Shown in pieces: positions 27,592 through 43,874 of a DNA stretch of 64,000 bases. Source of the DNA: the human T2T-CHM13v2.0 reference genome, Homo sapiens; the NCBI GenBank assembly GCA_009914755.4, contig CP068257.2:32896001-32960000 (forward strand), written 5' to 3'. Positions within the stretch are counted from its first letter, which is position 1; every line of letters begins with the position of its first letter. A program made the position numbers and the translations under genes. The notes below the pieces were generated by a model that was not told where the DNA came from, did not search any database, and saw only the letters and a list, made by a program, of their open reading frames with translations.

Positions 27592-28216
27592 CTAAGCCAT
27601 GACCAGGTGCTCAGTAGTCTACTAGGGCCTCCAAAAGCCTCAGTTTCTGTCCCTACAGGGGCTTAAGATGGAAGCTTGAGTGATGAGACTGTAGCTCCAG
27701 TGATAATATAAATGATCTCTCTTGTGTGTCACAGACACTCAGAGCTCAGGATACTAGAAGTGGAGCGTAGCAATCAGAAAAGTCTAGCTAGGTATATAAG
27801 AATCCCATCTCAACCTCCAATTGGTCCAGTTACAAAAAGTCCTACAGATGAAGGACTTGAGAATAGGGTTAGGCTTTAAATAAGTGGGAAAAAGATATAC
27901 CTCTGCATTTCCTCATTACTACCTAAAAAGAAAAGGTATAAGGAAAGCTTTCCCCAATCAACCTACACAAGAATCTGCTCAGTGTAGGTGCTTATACTAG
28001 TTAGTTAACGTTCCACTATCATCCACTGTCATGTGGCATCAAATAAGCAGGTGCTTTTATTAAAGGACATATATACTTTACTCATTTTGAACAAATTTGA
28101 TGGCTTGTATTTTTTTGCATGGCATTGGGTTAGTGCTAATATCTATTAACGGATGTCCTGGATTTCTTAGGAAATCCTACCTTTGCATATTTCATTTTAA
28201 AAATAAATGCTATTCA

Positions 28217-28703
<487 letters not shown>

Positions 28704-29474
28704 CTATGATAAAGACAATTCTGGAAGAACAAATTCTCTGAAGATGGCTGCAACACTGTCTCCTACTCCACATGCTCTCCTACAGCCTTGCCATTCCTGT
28801 TGGGAGAAGGAATGTATGTCCCCTGCCCTTGAATGTGGAGGACCTTTGTGAGTGCCTCAAGTGACACTATATGGTGGAAAAGACACCAAGTTTAGGTCAT
28901 AAAAAGCCATGCCCTTCTGCCTTGTTCTCTCGGGGCACTTCCTCTTGGAACCCAGTTGCCCACCATGCTGTCAGGAAGCCCAAGCAACCCATGAAGAGGC
29001 CCATACAGAGATGAACTGAGGCTGCTGGCCCAGAGCTCTGGCTGAGCTCCTCACTGGCAGCTGGTATTTTTGCCAGCTATATAAGTGTGACAACTTGGGA
29101 GTGGACCCTCCAGTCGCCAGCCAAGGAAACCCAGAGGATGATGCATGGAGGAGAGAAGAATCATCTCTGTGCAAACTGCAGATTCACAAGCAAAACAGAT
29201 GACTATTGTTATTTACAGCCATTACGTTTTGGGTGGCTTGCTGTGCAGCAATAGTAACTGGAACAACATTTCTGCGATGGGCAGAAGTGGCAAGGATTGT
29301 AACTCATTAGACTCAGAAGGCGAGGTCACCTGAGTAAGCAGTGTCCTTAGTGGAACAGTGGGTGTAAGAGGAAGGAGAGATGGGTGGGTGTGGGGCTTCT
29401 TGCCATCTACATATGTAGGGTCTGCCTTTTACTTGCACATCTGTGAGAGGTGTACAACAGAGTTGTAGAAGTAT

Positions 29475-29665
29475 GGACTCTGGAGCCAGGCCACCTGGGT
29501 CTGAACCTGGTGTTCCATTTCTTAGCTGTGTGACCTTGGGCAAGGTTCTCAAGTCCCATGTGCTTCAGGTTCTTCATCTGTAAAGAGGATAATCACAGGA
29601 CCTACCTCATGTGGTGGTGGTGGCACAAATTGACCTAATGCCTACATTGAGGCTTGGTGCATAGG
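29475..29665 (+). mobile_element. MIR SINE
   Basis: gactctggagccaggccacctgggtctgaacctggtgttccatttcttagctgtgtgaccttgggcaaggttctcaagtc...catctgtaaagaggataatcacaggacctacctcatg matches the MIR core. Confidence 0.75.
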
Positions 29666-29689
29666 AAGTTTCTATGAAAGCGTTCACTG

Positions 29690-30165
29690 TTATGATCCAC
29701 ATAGGTGTGGGCCTCAGACTATGAGCTGGGCTGAATGACAGCCCCTCCCTAGTCCCTGGAGCTTGTAAATATGTTGCCATACATGGAAGAAGGGACTCTG
29801 CAGGTGTGGCTAAGCTAAGGATCTTGAGACTAGGAGATGATGGATTACCAGGGTGGGCCCAGTGTAGTCAAGGTGTCTTTATAAGCAGGATATGGCAGGG
29901 TTGGAGTCGGAGATGGAGACAGGATGATGGAAGCAGAGATTTGAGTGATATGGGGCCATGAGCCAAGGAATGTGGGAGTCTTTGGAACCCGGGAAAAGGC
30001 AACGAAACGGATTTTGCCCTAGAAGTAACGCAGCCAGGCTGACACCTGATTTTAGCCCATCGAGACTGATTTTGGAGTTCGATCTCCAGAACTGTACAGT
30101 CATAAATCTGTGCTGTTTTCAGCCACTAAAATTGTTTGGTAATCTGTTACATCAGCAACAGGAAG
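29690..30165 (+). mobile_element. MLT1-type MaLR LTR
   Basis: It shows the MLT1 hallmarks ...ggtgggcccagtgtagtcaaggtgtctttataagcaggatatggcagg...agccaaggaatg...ccagaactgtacagtcataaatctgtgctgttttcagccactaaaattgtttggtaatctgttaca. Confidence 0.7.
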
Positions 30166-31214
30166 CAAATACAAATTTAAGACTGGAGAAAGGTAGCTTT
30201 ATAGAACATCCAGCAGCTAGAATGTTCAAAGGAAGTTGGGCTTTGGAATCAATAAACTGCTGTCCCTTTATTTCTTCTTCTCCTGACTTAGGCTTCGAGG
30301 GATGACATTTTCTTTTTAATCCTAGCATGTGAAGTGGCCAAAGCTCAGGCTTGGGTGTCAGATGGGCCTGGGCAGGAACCCTGGCTGCAGTCCTTACTTG
30401 CTGGGGGTCCTCAGTCAACTGGTGGTGCTGGCCAAGATGACCACAGTGGCACTGACAGCCAGAGTCAGTTGCCTGCTAGCCATTCGGAGTGGTCAGTGCC
30501 CACGAGGTACCAGTTACTATGTGCTATGAATATTATCTCTAGACTGAATCCTATGAACTTCAGTTTCCTCATTTGCAATTTGGGAACAATCTAAGTCAAA
30601 GGTTGTTGTAGAATGTGCATAGGTAGGTGCTTCTCAGACTGTGGCTGCCACAGCAGCAGTAGCTGCCTTACTTGGCAACTTGCCAGAATTCTTGCCCTAC
30701 CTATTGTGGTAGGCTGAATTCTCAAATGGCCCCCTGGTGGACAAGCTTTGCATGATCCCGGGACTCTGTGATGGATTCTGTTTCCACAGTTAGGTTATAT
30801 TACCCTGGGAGATTATGTGGGGTGAACACTTAAAAGGGACCGGGTTCTTTCTGAAGTCGGAGAAAGGATGGGAGAGACATTCTCTGTTGCTGATTCTGAA
30901 GATGGAGGGGGCCATGTGGCAAGGACTGAGAGTGGCCTCAAGGAGCTAGAGTGGCCACGGGGATCTGAATGTGCTTAGAAGCAGATTCTCCGCAAGAGTC
31001 TCCAGACAGGAACGCAGCCCAGGAGAGAACCGGTTCCAGCCTTGTTAACCTTGAGCAGAGAACCCTGTTGTGCACATGGTGATTTCTGACCTACAGACCT
31101 GTCAACTAAGAAATGGGCATTGGAAGCCACTAGATTTGTAGTAATTTGTCACACAGCAATAGAAAACTAATATATATTTACTGAATCAGAAACTCTGCTG
31201 GTTTTTGTTTGTTT

Positions 31215-31255
31215 GTTTGAGACAGGGTCTCACTGTGTCACCCAGGCTGGTCTCA
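31215..31255 (-). mobile_element. Short Alu-derived fragment
   Basis: gagacagggtctcactgtgtcacccaggctggtctc, a ~40-bp piece. Confidence 0.6.
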
Positions 31256-34039
31256 ACGAGCCTTTGCTGAATCTCTTCCTTGTCAGAGGAGACTGCTGGT
31301 CCCCAAGATAGAAAGTAAAGGAGACCCAGCCCTGCTGTCAGGAAGCACCCGCCTCGGGTTGGAGTAAAAGTCACACATGGGACAAGGCTGTAAGTCTCAG
31401 CAAACAGCAGTGCGAGGGACGCACGTGGAAGAGGGGTAGTGAGGGCACCTTGTGGGCAGGAGAGCCTTTTAAAGACTGTATGATGTGAACTCCAAGATCT
31501 ATCCTTGAAGGCCAGGGAGTGGTTGAAAGATGGAGCCCTCTGATTTGTGACTTCACTTCTGCAAAGCCTACTGTGTCATTTACTCCTCACCATCAGTGGA
31601 GCGAGAGCCTCTGGGACCACGTCTCCCGAGTCCCATGCCTGCCATCATGGTGTGGGCTGGACCAGCCTTCTTAGTGGGATATGTTCCCCATAGAAAGTAA
31701 ACCAAGAGGCAAAAGCAAAGCAAAGCTACGAAAGCAGGCTCAGTGCCCCCGCCCCTTGTTTCAGTGTCACCTCAAGTTTGCTTCTTGCTCTCAGAGGGAG
31801 ATCACAGCATTGCACAACGGGCAGTGTTGACTATTTGCTGGCCCTTGTCACCCACCCTTCCAAAACTCGGGCAGAGGACAATCTGAACACCAGTGTGACA
31901 GTTTCTAACAAAAGGCTTTGCTAGTACAGTGCCTGAGTGTGGGTGTCCACTGAAAACTAATTTCAGCCCTGACTAAGAAAGGCATCTCAGAAATGAGGAA
32001 GTGTATTTTGGGCTCCTGTGGTTTCTGATGAAAAATGCTGCAATGTGGGGCATGGGTGAAAGGGAAACACTGAGAAAATAGATGTGACCCCCAGTATGCT
32101 TCCTTGAAGAAGTGGGGGGCTGGCCAGGCCAGGCACAAAGATCCTTTGTGTTCCCTGAGCCTGTGACTTCTCCCGCTGTTTCTCAGCAGTTACACTAACG
32201 ACATTGTGGAGGAAACAGCTTCTCCTTGCATGGCCCTGCCCCTTGCACTCTAGACTGTTTAGCCTCCCTGCTGGTCAGTCCCCTCTCCCTACAAATGCCA
32301 GCAGCTTTCCCCCAGTCCATGCTGCAACCACAAAGTCTCGCAAGGATTTTCAAATGCCACTGGGAGGATAGCGGTGCCACCCATGGAGAATAATGACCCC
32401 AGGCCCTAAAATGAAACAGGTTGCTCTAACATTCGAAGAATAGCCCCAGCACACCAAATGCATTCACTTAATTTCTTGTTCAACAGAAAAGAATGACCTC
32501 TTTTAATACAGAGCTGCTTTGAAACATGTCATTTCAAACAGGTCCTAAGAAGATCCTGATATTTGTCTGTATCTTAACTGGATCTCTGTGGGTTGAAAAA
32601 CGCTCATAGAAATGTTGAAGGACGTCAGTCAATCTTTAATAAGATGAGATTTCTCAGAGATACAACATGCTGTTTGACCATCTGAAGGATGCTAAAAGAA
32701 AGTGATTTACTGAAATAAAATAGATAACAAACATTTCAGTGACTTAGAAAATGGCGAGAAATCACGTCAGGCAAGTTTATATTTTTGTGTTAAAAAATCC
32801 CCACCTAACAACACTCTCTTCCTTACATTTCTTCCCAGCAGGCCAAGAACTTACTAAACTCTGGCTCTAGAAGAAAATAACATTAAAATGCTGACTTTAC
32901 AGGTATATAGTCTAGCATTTGTTGGCAGTTACTTATTAGTTTTTTTTTTTTTTTAGAAATGTAAAAACTATTTTCTTTGTTTCAAACGAATAGGCTCTAA
33001 CTTAAAATAATTTACTTGTACAATTAAATTGTCTGAAAAACCCCAACAATGCTGTTAACACGTTGTTAACAGGTACACAACTCCCCTCTATTTTAGGAGC
33101 TGACGCAAAGAAGACAGCACAAACATGAACAAGAAAACAATCGCTGTCGCTTAAAAGCAACACCGTCTTAGCAGTTTAAAGACAGACACTGCATGCTCAC
33201 ATACTAACAATAATTATGAGTCTCCAACTCAGAGGGTAGAAGTCAGAAGACGCAAACAACATCCACCGTACCAGGAACTGAAGAATAGGAGGAAGCAGGT
33301 TTAGAATAGCAATGGGTTTTTCCCTGAGATGTACATTTTACAAGAAGCATTCAATTCCATTTTAGATATGGAAAAAGAGCGTGTTTTTCCCATCAAAAGG
33401 GGGAAACAGGAAAAGTATAAGTAGCTTGACCCATTATTATGTCCTACCTGGAAAAAAGTTTTTTTAAGTGGAGAAAATGATTAGTCATGAGTGCATGACT
33501 TATTAAAAATGACTTTCTGGGTAACAGAGACCAGATAATACCTACGTGAATAAATCTCTCCCCAAACCCTAGTTTGGGGCCCACACTTTTGCAAGGTCTC
33601 CAGTGAGTAAGACAGTAAATTCTGTGGCTGGCGTTTTCTTTGGAACACAAAGGGTCGCAAACAAACTCCTACTCAGCTGCAGCCACTACCCCTGCCAAAA
33701 TTGAGTAGCTGAGGATTCAGCGAAGGGTTCGGGCTCCACGTCACCCAGGTGCTACAGGAGCCTGAGCCCAGGAGCAGGGACTGTCCCACATGCCAAGAGA
33801 ATAGGGCATATCCAGGAGTCCAGGCCCATCACAGCCGCCAGGTTTTTACCTAGGTCTACTACTCTTTCCACATCACAGCTTCCCCTCACCTTTCTCCCCC
33901 TCCCTCACCTGCTCACTGCCATGTATGGGAATGCACCCCAGGAAACACACAATTTTGAAAAACATCGTCCCAAGAGAAAAAGGCTGTCATGAAGAGGCCA
34001 GGCAAATGACCTCAATTAAGCACTTTGTCCAATGCTAAT

Positions 34040-34735
34040 GGATTGAATTCTGTTCCCCTAAAATTCACATGTTGAAGTCCTAACACCCAGTGCAATGGTG
34101 CTATGGTTTGAATGTGTCCCCCAAAAGTTTATGTGTTAGAAACTTAATTGCCATTTTAACAGTGTTGAGAGGTAGGGCCTTGACAAGGTGAGGAGGCCAC
34201 GAGGGCAGAGCCCTTACAAAGGGATTCATGCCATTGTTGCAGGAGTGGGTTAGTTATCCTGGGAGTGGGCTCCTGATAAAAAGGATGAGTTTGGCTCCAT
34301 GTCCTCTCCCTGTCTCCTGTGCTTGCTTCAGCTTCTGCCTTCTGCCATGCGATGACCCTCACCAGATGCTGGCACCATGCTCTTAGACTTTTCAGCTTCC
34401 AGAACCGCAAACCAAATAAATCTCTTTTATTTATAAGTTACCCAGTCTGTGGTGTTATGTTATAGCAACAGAAAATGGACTAAGACATGGTATTTGGAGG
34501 TGAGGCCTTTAGGAGGTAATTAGGGTTAGGTGAAGTCAGGTGAGTAGAGTCCTTTTTGCAAGAAGGTGACAGTCTACAAGCCAGGAGGAGAGCCCTCACC
34601 AGGAATCAACCGTGCTGGCAGCCTAACCTCAGACTTCTCAACATCCAGAACTGTGAGAAATAAATTTCTATTGTTTAAGGCACCTAGAACAGGGCATTTT
34701 GTTATAGCAGCCCGAGCAGATGAAGACACCTACCA
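34040..34735 (+). mobile_element. MaLR/ERVL-type LTR followed by a second partial copy (34481-34735); the subfamily is uncertain
   Basis: ...ctatggtttgaatgtgtcccccaaaagtttatgtgttagaaac...ggtgaggaggccacgagggcagagccc...aataaatctcttttatttataagttacccagtctgtggtgttatgttatagcaacagaaaatggactaagaca. The 3' two-thirds then repeats and ends ...gttatagcagcccgagcagatgaagacac. Confidence 0.65.
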
Positions 34736-36369
34736 CCACTCAGCTTTGGAACCAGGATTCTGAACCAAAGTCTATAGATCCTATGTTCTTAACAACTGCA
34801 TTTTACTACTCTTTGAGACGAACTGAATTTAGCCAATCAATGTAATTTCACATTGATTTTCATTACAGTGGACCTTTTGCTTTCAAAGTTACATATGAAA
34901 TTTGTTTTGCATGGCTAGATATGTGCTGGATGACTAAGAATTTTATAATTGGCATATCAATAATCAAATCAGTTTTCCTAATAAAATGACATGTCTGATT
35001 TCTGCAAAAGCTCTTCAGTGTCCTCTCAAACTGAGAAAGCTGGAAAGTAGAGTTTTCAAAAGAGTAAAAATAATAATAAAAAAAAGTTAAGGCAGTACCG
35101 CTGAGAATTTAAATTCTCTGCAATTCGAAACTTTTGAAATATAAAACTTTTAAAAACAGTTTCACTGAGGTATACCTTACATCCCATTTTAGCACTTGTA
35201 AAACCTTTGTCTTTAACTGTATTGTGATAACATTGATATCCTGCTTAACATAAGAAATATTATTTTAATTGAAAACATTATTCATGATAATTTAAAAAGC
35301 TGCTATTAACTTCTACATCTGTCAGTAAATCTACTAAAGTTTAGTTCAAAATATGCCGGCAAAGGAATCTTAAATTCTCTTAGTGCCATCTAAATAAAAC
35401 TGTATTTCTTCTAAGTTCTATTGTAAACAAAGCAAAGGACTATGCCAGAATATATAGCAATTAGAGAAAAATGCCTACTTTTCCTCTTTGCACTTATTTT
35501 GTGCGCTTGTTTCTTGTTTTGTGTAGGTTTGATGATTTTGCCAAATTGCACGGTCAGCAAACAGTTCGTTGTGGTCCAACACCCAGGATAGGGACTATGA
35601 GACCGTTTGCCAGGTGCTAGATGGTGTTCAATCATCTCACGCCTGAAGCTCTTCATCAGTCTTCTGTTGCTCAGGCTCTTCACTGTCTCCATCCCTCGTG
35701 ATGAAAGACAGGCGTGTCTCTGGCCAGGGACTAAGGCGCCATGAGCATGTGTGCTTTGTTTGGGTGTTGGTGTGCTCTGACTCATGCTCTCAGTGGCCCT
35801 CGAAGGCACCAGGTGAAAGAAGAGGGTCAGACAACCACTAGCCACAGCTGTGGCAGCCTCGGTTCAAAAATGTAAAATCTGCCATGCAGGCAGTTTCAAA
35901 GACTTAACCTATGCCTTTGTATAATTATTATTTTTACTTCTTTTATAGCAACGTTCATTTTCTAACCTGAAGGTGGTTCAGGTGATGTTCTAATCTGCTT
36001 TTGAGTTTGAAAATGCATCTACCAGATGATTCATGGTGGCTGCCGAGGTGGTGAATACCGAGGATCCCAAAATGAAAAATTACGGAGGGAAACTTAGAAA
36101 AGTAGTACTCTCTCACAGCCAGAGTGGTGCTGGTGACCCTCCAGTCCAGGCTAAAACAGGTAAGCAAAATATTTGCCTTGTTTTTAATATACATCAAGCA
36201 AAACAAGGTTTAACTCTATCTGTGGCATCTACAGCAGCTGTCTCCAAGATGGAGGACAATGATGGGGACCAGGAGGAGGTCAGCAGCCTCAATGGCTGAT
36301 GTTCTGAAATATTTCTGAGTGGAGCTAAGGGGGAAGTGGTTTGCCAACATTATCAGTTTATTCGTTTGT

Positions 36370-36400
36370 CCATCCATCATCCATCCATCCATCCATCCAC
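36370..36400. repeat. (CCAT)n microsatellite
   Basis: catccatcatccatccatccatccatcc. Confidence 0.85.
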
Positions 36401-36894
36401 CGAACACCTACAGGCACTGACCATGCCAGCTACTAGAACCCAGAGATGACCATGCCACCCAGACAGACTCCAGGAGGTACTGAACACAGACCTAGGTGAA
36501 GTTCTGAGGCCCACCTTGCTCCTTCCCCGAGATGTGCCTGCTGGTGGTGGCAGTGACAGGGTGGCACATCAATGATGAGGTGGAGTATGGAAGAATGGAA
36601 GCACTGCCAAGACTCCTGAGTGGCAGAGGCCCATTCTATTATCTGTGGACACCCTCGTTGTATTTCTAAAGAGGTTTTCTCACAGAGCAAAACCACCTGA
36701 TACCCTAAAATATCATTTAGACAATTATGTTATTATTGTCCCAATTCTTACTTCCACGACAAAACAGCAGATGTGTCATCTCCCAATGAAGATGAAGACA
36801 AAACTATTCTCAAAAAGAAATGGAAGAACCATGAAGTAATCTCCATTTGAGAAACAGTTTTGCAAATTCAAAGTGGCTTCTGTGAACTTTGTTT

Positions 36895-37275
36895 TGGCTG
36901 AAATGAACTCCTCCCAAAAATACATATGTTGAGTCCTAACTGTCCTGGTACCTCACAATGTGACTGTATTTGGAGGTGGGGCCTTTAAATGGGTGACTGA
37001 GTTAAATTGAGGCCATTAAGGAGGAGCCCAATCCAATCTGCTGGGTGTCATTATAAGAAGAGGAGATTTGGACACCAGACAGAGAAAAGACCATGTGAGG
37101 ACAGAGAGAGAGCATGTCATCTATGAGCCAAGGAGCAAGGCCTCTGAGGGAAATAGCCCTGCCATCACCTTGATCTTGGACTTCCAGCCTCCAGGATTAT
37201 GAAACAACACATTTCTGTTGTTTAAGCCACCCAGTCTGTAGTATTCATCATGGCAGCCCAAGCAGACTAACACCA
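36895..37275 (+). mobile_element. MaLR/ERVL-type LTR of the same family as 34040-34735
   Basis: ...catatgttgagtcctaactgtcctggtacctcacaatgtgactgtatttggaggtggggcctttaaatgggtgac...catttctgttgtttaagccacccagtctgtagtattcatcatggcagcccaagcagactaa. Confidence 0.65.
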
Positions 37276-40200
37276 CTGCCAACTTAAGAGCATGTAACAA
37301 TATAAAATATGCCCATCTCAAACTACCACCTTCATCCTTATAGGTCTCTACAGTTGGCTTTAATGTTCTCAAGGAAAAGCCTCTGAAAGAAAATGATGAG
37401 ACAGGAATGTAATGAATGTAGCTTCAGTCCCCCATACTAAGGCATGCCCCCACTACCTTTAGATCCATCCAATGGAGTGGGCAGAGCTTTATCATATAGC
37501 CGATAGAATCTGTATCCTGCTGTCAACTAATACCAAGCTGTAAGTAACTCATTCACATATGCACAACTCAATGCACATAACTCAATGATGTTGATAAAGT
37601 CAGACAAGGAATTCTATGACAACGATTAAACTCACCTTTTCAAATGCCACATTTTGGTAATCATCTGGAATGGGGCTCTTGTTTTTAAAACTGGGAAGAC
37701 CCAAGGAAAATAGTAGAAAGGCTTTTAAAGGCACCCATGACACTAAGAGAAAACATTAGAATGGGTGCATACCAATAGTAACTATTTTTAATCTTATGTC
37801 CTGAACACTCTTCCTTTTTGGATGGTGTGTATGAAGGTCTGTGGCTGGCTTCTAAACTGGAAAAGTCACAGATATTTACCCTTGCAGAAAATATCTATAA
37901 TCATTTCTTCCTTGGAAAAAATAATGACAAACCCTGAATCACATTTCCTAAAATTTTAAAATAACGATGTTGATTTGCTGGTTTATTTGAAAATTCCATG
38001 GTAATAAAGTAACCAATTAAATATTTAACCTACTTTTACTGGGACAATTGAGGGAAAACAGGAGGAGGCAGAAGGCAGCTCTCTCACTGGTTCAACAATT
38101 CTTCAGCTAGTCCAAAACCCATGTTCTGGTGATTGGTGATTCTGAAATACAGCTGCTGAAGTTTCCACACTGGGACACTTCCCCTAGTGAACATTCTTTT
38201 TTGATCTTTAAGTCAATCTTAAAGAATTCTGAAGTCTCCCAAACCTTTGTTCATTGGACTTCCAGCATTTTTCCCTTGCCACTAATGTCAAAATCCCTTC
38301 TTATCCCACTAAACTTTCTGAACTCTCCCTGAATGTTGGAGGATGAAGACAAGTGGGCTGTGTAAAAAAAAAATCTTAGAATGAAGACTTAGGAATAGCG
38401 ATCATGGGTCCCAGGGGAAGACTTAGATGACCAACAGTTCTAACCACCTTCCTTGCTCAGAAAGTGTCCAGTCAATGGAGAAAGGAAGGCATTATTAGCT
38501 CTTGATGAGGCTTTGGCAGAATTTGGGACAGATGGCTGTGTGCTCAGAGGATCAAGTGAAGTTTAAGATACAAGGTGGAAAGGCCAGTAGGACTCACGTG
38601 ATGTCCCTATCAGGGTTCCTCTCCATCCTAGGGTGTTCCTCAGTCCTGCTGGAGGGCTGGTGTTTATATGATGTAGAGAGGTTTGAGGTCTTGGATACAG
38701 AAGGGCTGGCTCTGCATTACTAGCGTTAGAGGCACGATACCCTTTAGGGTTTGGCTTCTTGTTGAACTCTACAGATGTTGTTTGGTATATAGTGTCCAAG
38801 AACAGTGGCATCACCTGTGAGCTTGCCAGAAACGCAGAATCTAGAGCCCCACCTGAGATCTACTCAAGGAGAATTTTCATTTTAACAAGATCCGAAGTGA
38901 CTCCTGTACATAGTAAGGTCTGGGAGGCATTGGTCTAAGGTAGAGGGGGAGGAAGAACATGCCAATTTTTACCACGTGATTGCTAAGTGATACTATGCGA
39001 TGTTAAGTTGGGTTAACTTCCAGACCAACAATTCTCCATAGGAACCCTGCCAGGTTACCACAAACGGCAAACAGGGCAGAGAAACAGGGCAAACCTGGTT
39101 TACGAGATTTTTTCCAGAGAAAATGTTTACCAGGTTGCCAAAGGCATCAGAATCAACGGAAATGACATCAATATTCAATAGTAGTGTAGCCACTCACATG
39201 CAGACTCCATTCCTAACTGAATTATTCCATTACATGTGCCTATTAAAAAAAAAACCAATCATGCACACATAGACACATACCAAGCTGTCATTATTGAATG
39301 CCTATTCATGGATGTATCGATAATAAAAGACAGTGAGGAGGCTGACTTGATTATATTTTAACTGACTTACATGACCAATAAAGCAATAAACTTATTTCCC
39401 TCCATGGGCAATTTTAGTGGTTGAGTATATTTTTAGCATTTCCCTCTGGAGATATAGCTTTATGAACTTCACATGACCCAAACTTTTAATCCACCCCATT
39501 TGCGCAAGTTTTTCTTTTTCTCTTTAATAGGATGATAGAAGACTGGAACATAACTGCCTAATTCTGAATTTCAGACTATCTTTCTAAACACAGCACAACA
39601 CAGGGAGAAGCAACTACCTTCTAGACCATAAATGGCAGAGATCTAGAAGCGGCCAGACAAGGGGTATGAGAAAAAGTATTACAAACAAAAGAAACAGACA
39701 GATGCCACATTTTTGTAGCAGCAACTCTGCGGAAGCCAACTGCTTCTCAGACCTGACCCAGCAGCCACAATGGACTTTTAGATGAATGATCCCTCACCAG
39801 CGGAGCTCACAGTGGGGGTGGAGATCCATTCCAGCTGATAGTAGGGACGAGCAAGCAACTACTGAAAGGGCTTTGGTGCTTTTGCTTCATTGGTGCTTTT
39901 CAGTTTTATTTCAAAAATTATAATAATAAAAAAAAAGACTCTAGGTGTCTGGATCAGTATGCCACATGATTTATAGCACATAAAATCATGGAAAGTCATG
40001 CCACTTCCTGATAGCACACAGCTCACGCTGGCCACTGAAACCTTTTTTCTGACTAATTCATTCCATACCGTAGTTTTCCATGGCTGATTCATAACCATAT
40101 CCTACTTTTCTCATTTCCTGAAATGATTCTGATGAAGCTTATTCCACATAAAAAGTGGAACAATATATAAAACCCAGACACCTAGGTACAATTTAAAAAT

Positions 40201-41261
40201 CTTAACTCTAAATCCCAAATCAACATTTGGCCATACATTCCTAAGATGAACCACTGTTTCTGGATTCTAAAGGACACTGTATATTCCAGTAAGCAAGCCT
40301 GTAGCACAGTGCTGGGTTCATGATCAAAACGCACTGAGTTCATTCCAGAGTCAGCTCTACTTGTGATGAAACAAATAACCTATAAAGCGAAATCTTTTCA
40401 GACCAAAGAGAGGTCTGAAATCAAGAAGAAACATAATGAGGATGCAAAGGGGATAAGAAGCAGCAACTACACCCTGGCTCTGTAAGACGGCATGTCATCA
40501 CACCTTACTCAAAGGGACTCCTCAATATTTAATCAGCGATTTTTTACATTATTACCTAAAGGAACTGGAGTACTTTAAGTTGCCTCAATTTGCTGGCATT
40601 TTAAGGAAGATAAATGCTTTAGAATTACTTATGATTAAGACAAAAATCTCAGAAACAATGCACTATTCGAATCTTTAGCTAGAGCTCTCGGGAGGAGAGT
40701 AAACAAGATAACTCTACTGGTTGCTTCTCATACTCATCTTCTTTCTTTGAGACAGAAATCTTTTTATTTTCCTAGTTAGTAATCAAGTATGTGTTTCTAT
40801 GGAAAAAATGTAAACACATTTTGAATTATGCCATCGCTTTCACCTTGAAATCATTATTTTATTAAGAATCACTCAGTATTTCTAACTACCTACTAGCAAG
40901 TCATTTTTAGAAATCTTTCTTTCAAAGTGAATTCTGTATTAGGTGCTGAAAGTGTGGTGCTGAAACCACAGAGCTGCTGATACATCTGGAGGCTGGGGTA
41001 AACACTGGCTGCTGAAACCACCAGGTGAGAGGCGGATCAGGAATTGCAGAAGCTGGGCCAGACTGAACACACCTGAAGCCAGGGATGGTGCTTTTAACAT
41101 CACAGAAGGAGACAATCAGTGATCACATGCGTCTTGGTGTACAGCAATAGTCAGTACAGGATATTTCGTGTGAAGTAGTCTTGTCCAAATAAAAACAAAA
41201 CAAAAACAAAAAACTCTGATTTTTCAGCAAGCTCCCAGGCCTCTGAGTTTAGATAAATAGA

Positions 41262-41637
41262 TGTATATTAGTCCGTTTTCATGATGTTGATAAAGACATA
41301 CCTGACACTGGGCAATTTACAAAAGAAAGAGGTTTAATGGACTCACAGTTCCACGTAACTGGGAAAGCATCACAACCATGGTGGAAGGCAAGGAGGAGCA
41401 AGTCACATCTTACATGGATGGCAGCAGGCAAAGAGAGCTTGTGCAGGGAAACTCCCATTTTTAAAACCATCAGATTTTGTGAGCCTTATTTACTATCATG
41501 AGAACAGCATGGGAAATACCTGCCCCCATGATTCAATTATCTCCCACTGGGTCCCTCCCACAACACGTGGGAATTATGGGAGCTACAAGAAGAGATTTGA
41601 GTAGGGACTCAGAGCCAAACCATATCAGAGGGAATGC
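41262..41637 (-). mobile_element. THE1/MST-type MaLR solo LTR
   Basis: tgtatattagtccgttttcatgatgttgataaagacatacctga...gggactcagagccaaaccatatcag is a reverse-complement THE1-like LTR. Confidence 0.8.
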
Positions 41638-41941
41638 AGAGATGTGCTAAACAGTGCTAACAGTGCACTTGCTGTTTCCAGACTGTGGGACAGCCTATGA
41701 GACAGATGAAAACAGTTTCACTGGGGACCTATGACAAAGGATGGAGAAACCAGATGAAAAGAGACAGAAGAGACAGATCACTGAAATGCAGTGAGTGCCT
41801 CTTATTTGGATTCTAACGCAAACACGCTAATTATAAAAAGACATTCATGAGCCAATCGGGGACATTTGAACACAGAATGGATATTTGGTGATATTAAGAA
41901 AGTACATTTACTTTATTTTTGTTAAGTGTCCTTATCTCTTA

Positions 41942-42190
<249 letters not shown>

Positions 42191-42356
42191 TTACTCCATG
42201 GTGGGAAGTGTGGGAAGGAGGATTCCATGTACTGATAATTGTTGAGGCTGGGTGAGGAGCTGAATATAGGGAGTTCATTAGAATATCTTCCATGCTTTTG
42301 TATACACTTGACAACCTCCATAATAAAAAGGTATTTTTAAAAAAATAAAAGGCAGG

Positions 42357-43151
<795 letters not shown>

Positions 43152-43454
43152 TTAATGATTTTTCAAGTGAGGTCTCTGATACTCTGATGATACTAAAAAT
43201 ATACAACAGAACTCTCTTGGAAATAGTTTATTTTTGCAATCATTGTAATACAGTCAGTAGCAAAAATATTTAGAACACTTTTCAAAAGGCTAAAAAAATA
43301 TGACAGAACGTTTCAGTGCACCGTTCAGGTGAAGACCAAGTATTATTGAAGTTTTTGTTTCTTCCAATGTAACAGAAGAATACTGAGCCCAGTGGTGTGA
43401 CGTCAATCACATTACCTATGAGGTTGCAGGGCCATGCTGAGAAGGGTGCTTTCA

Positions 43455-43874
<420 letters not shown>

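Noticed and set aside
36033-36299. 88-aa plus-strand ORF with a GT donor-like site (aaaacag|gtaagc at ~36159) and a downstream acceptor-like cag|CAGCTG
   Set aside because: The protein (MVAAEVVNTEDPKMKNYGG...) matches nothing I recognise, only the three CpGs a chance sequence would have, and no supporting exon structure. It may be an unannotated lncRNA exon, but the evidence is too weak to call.
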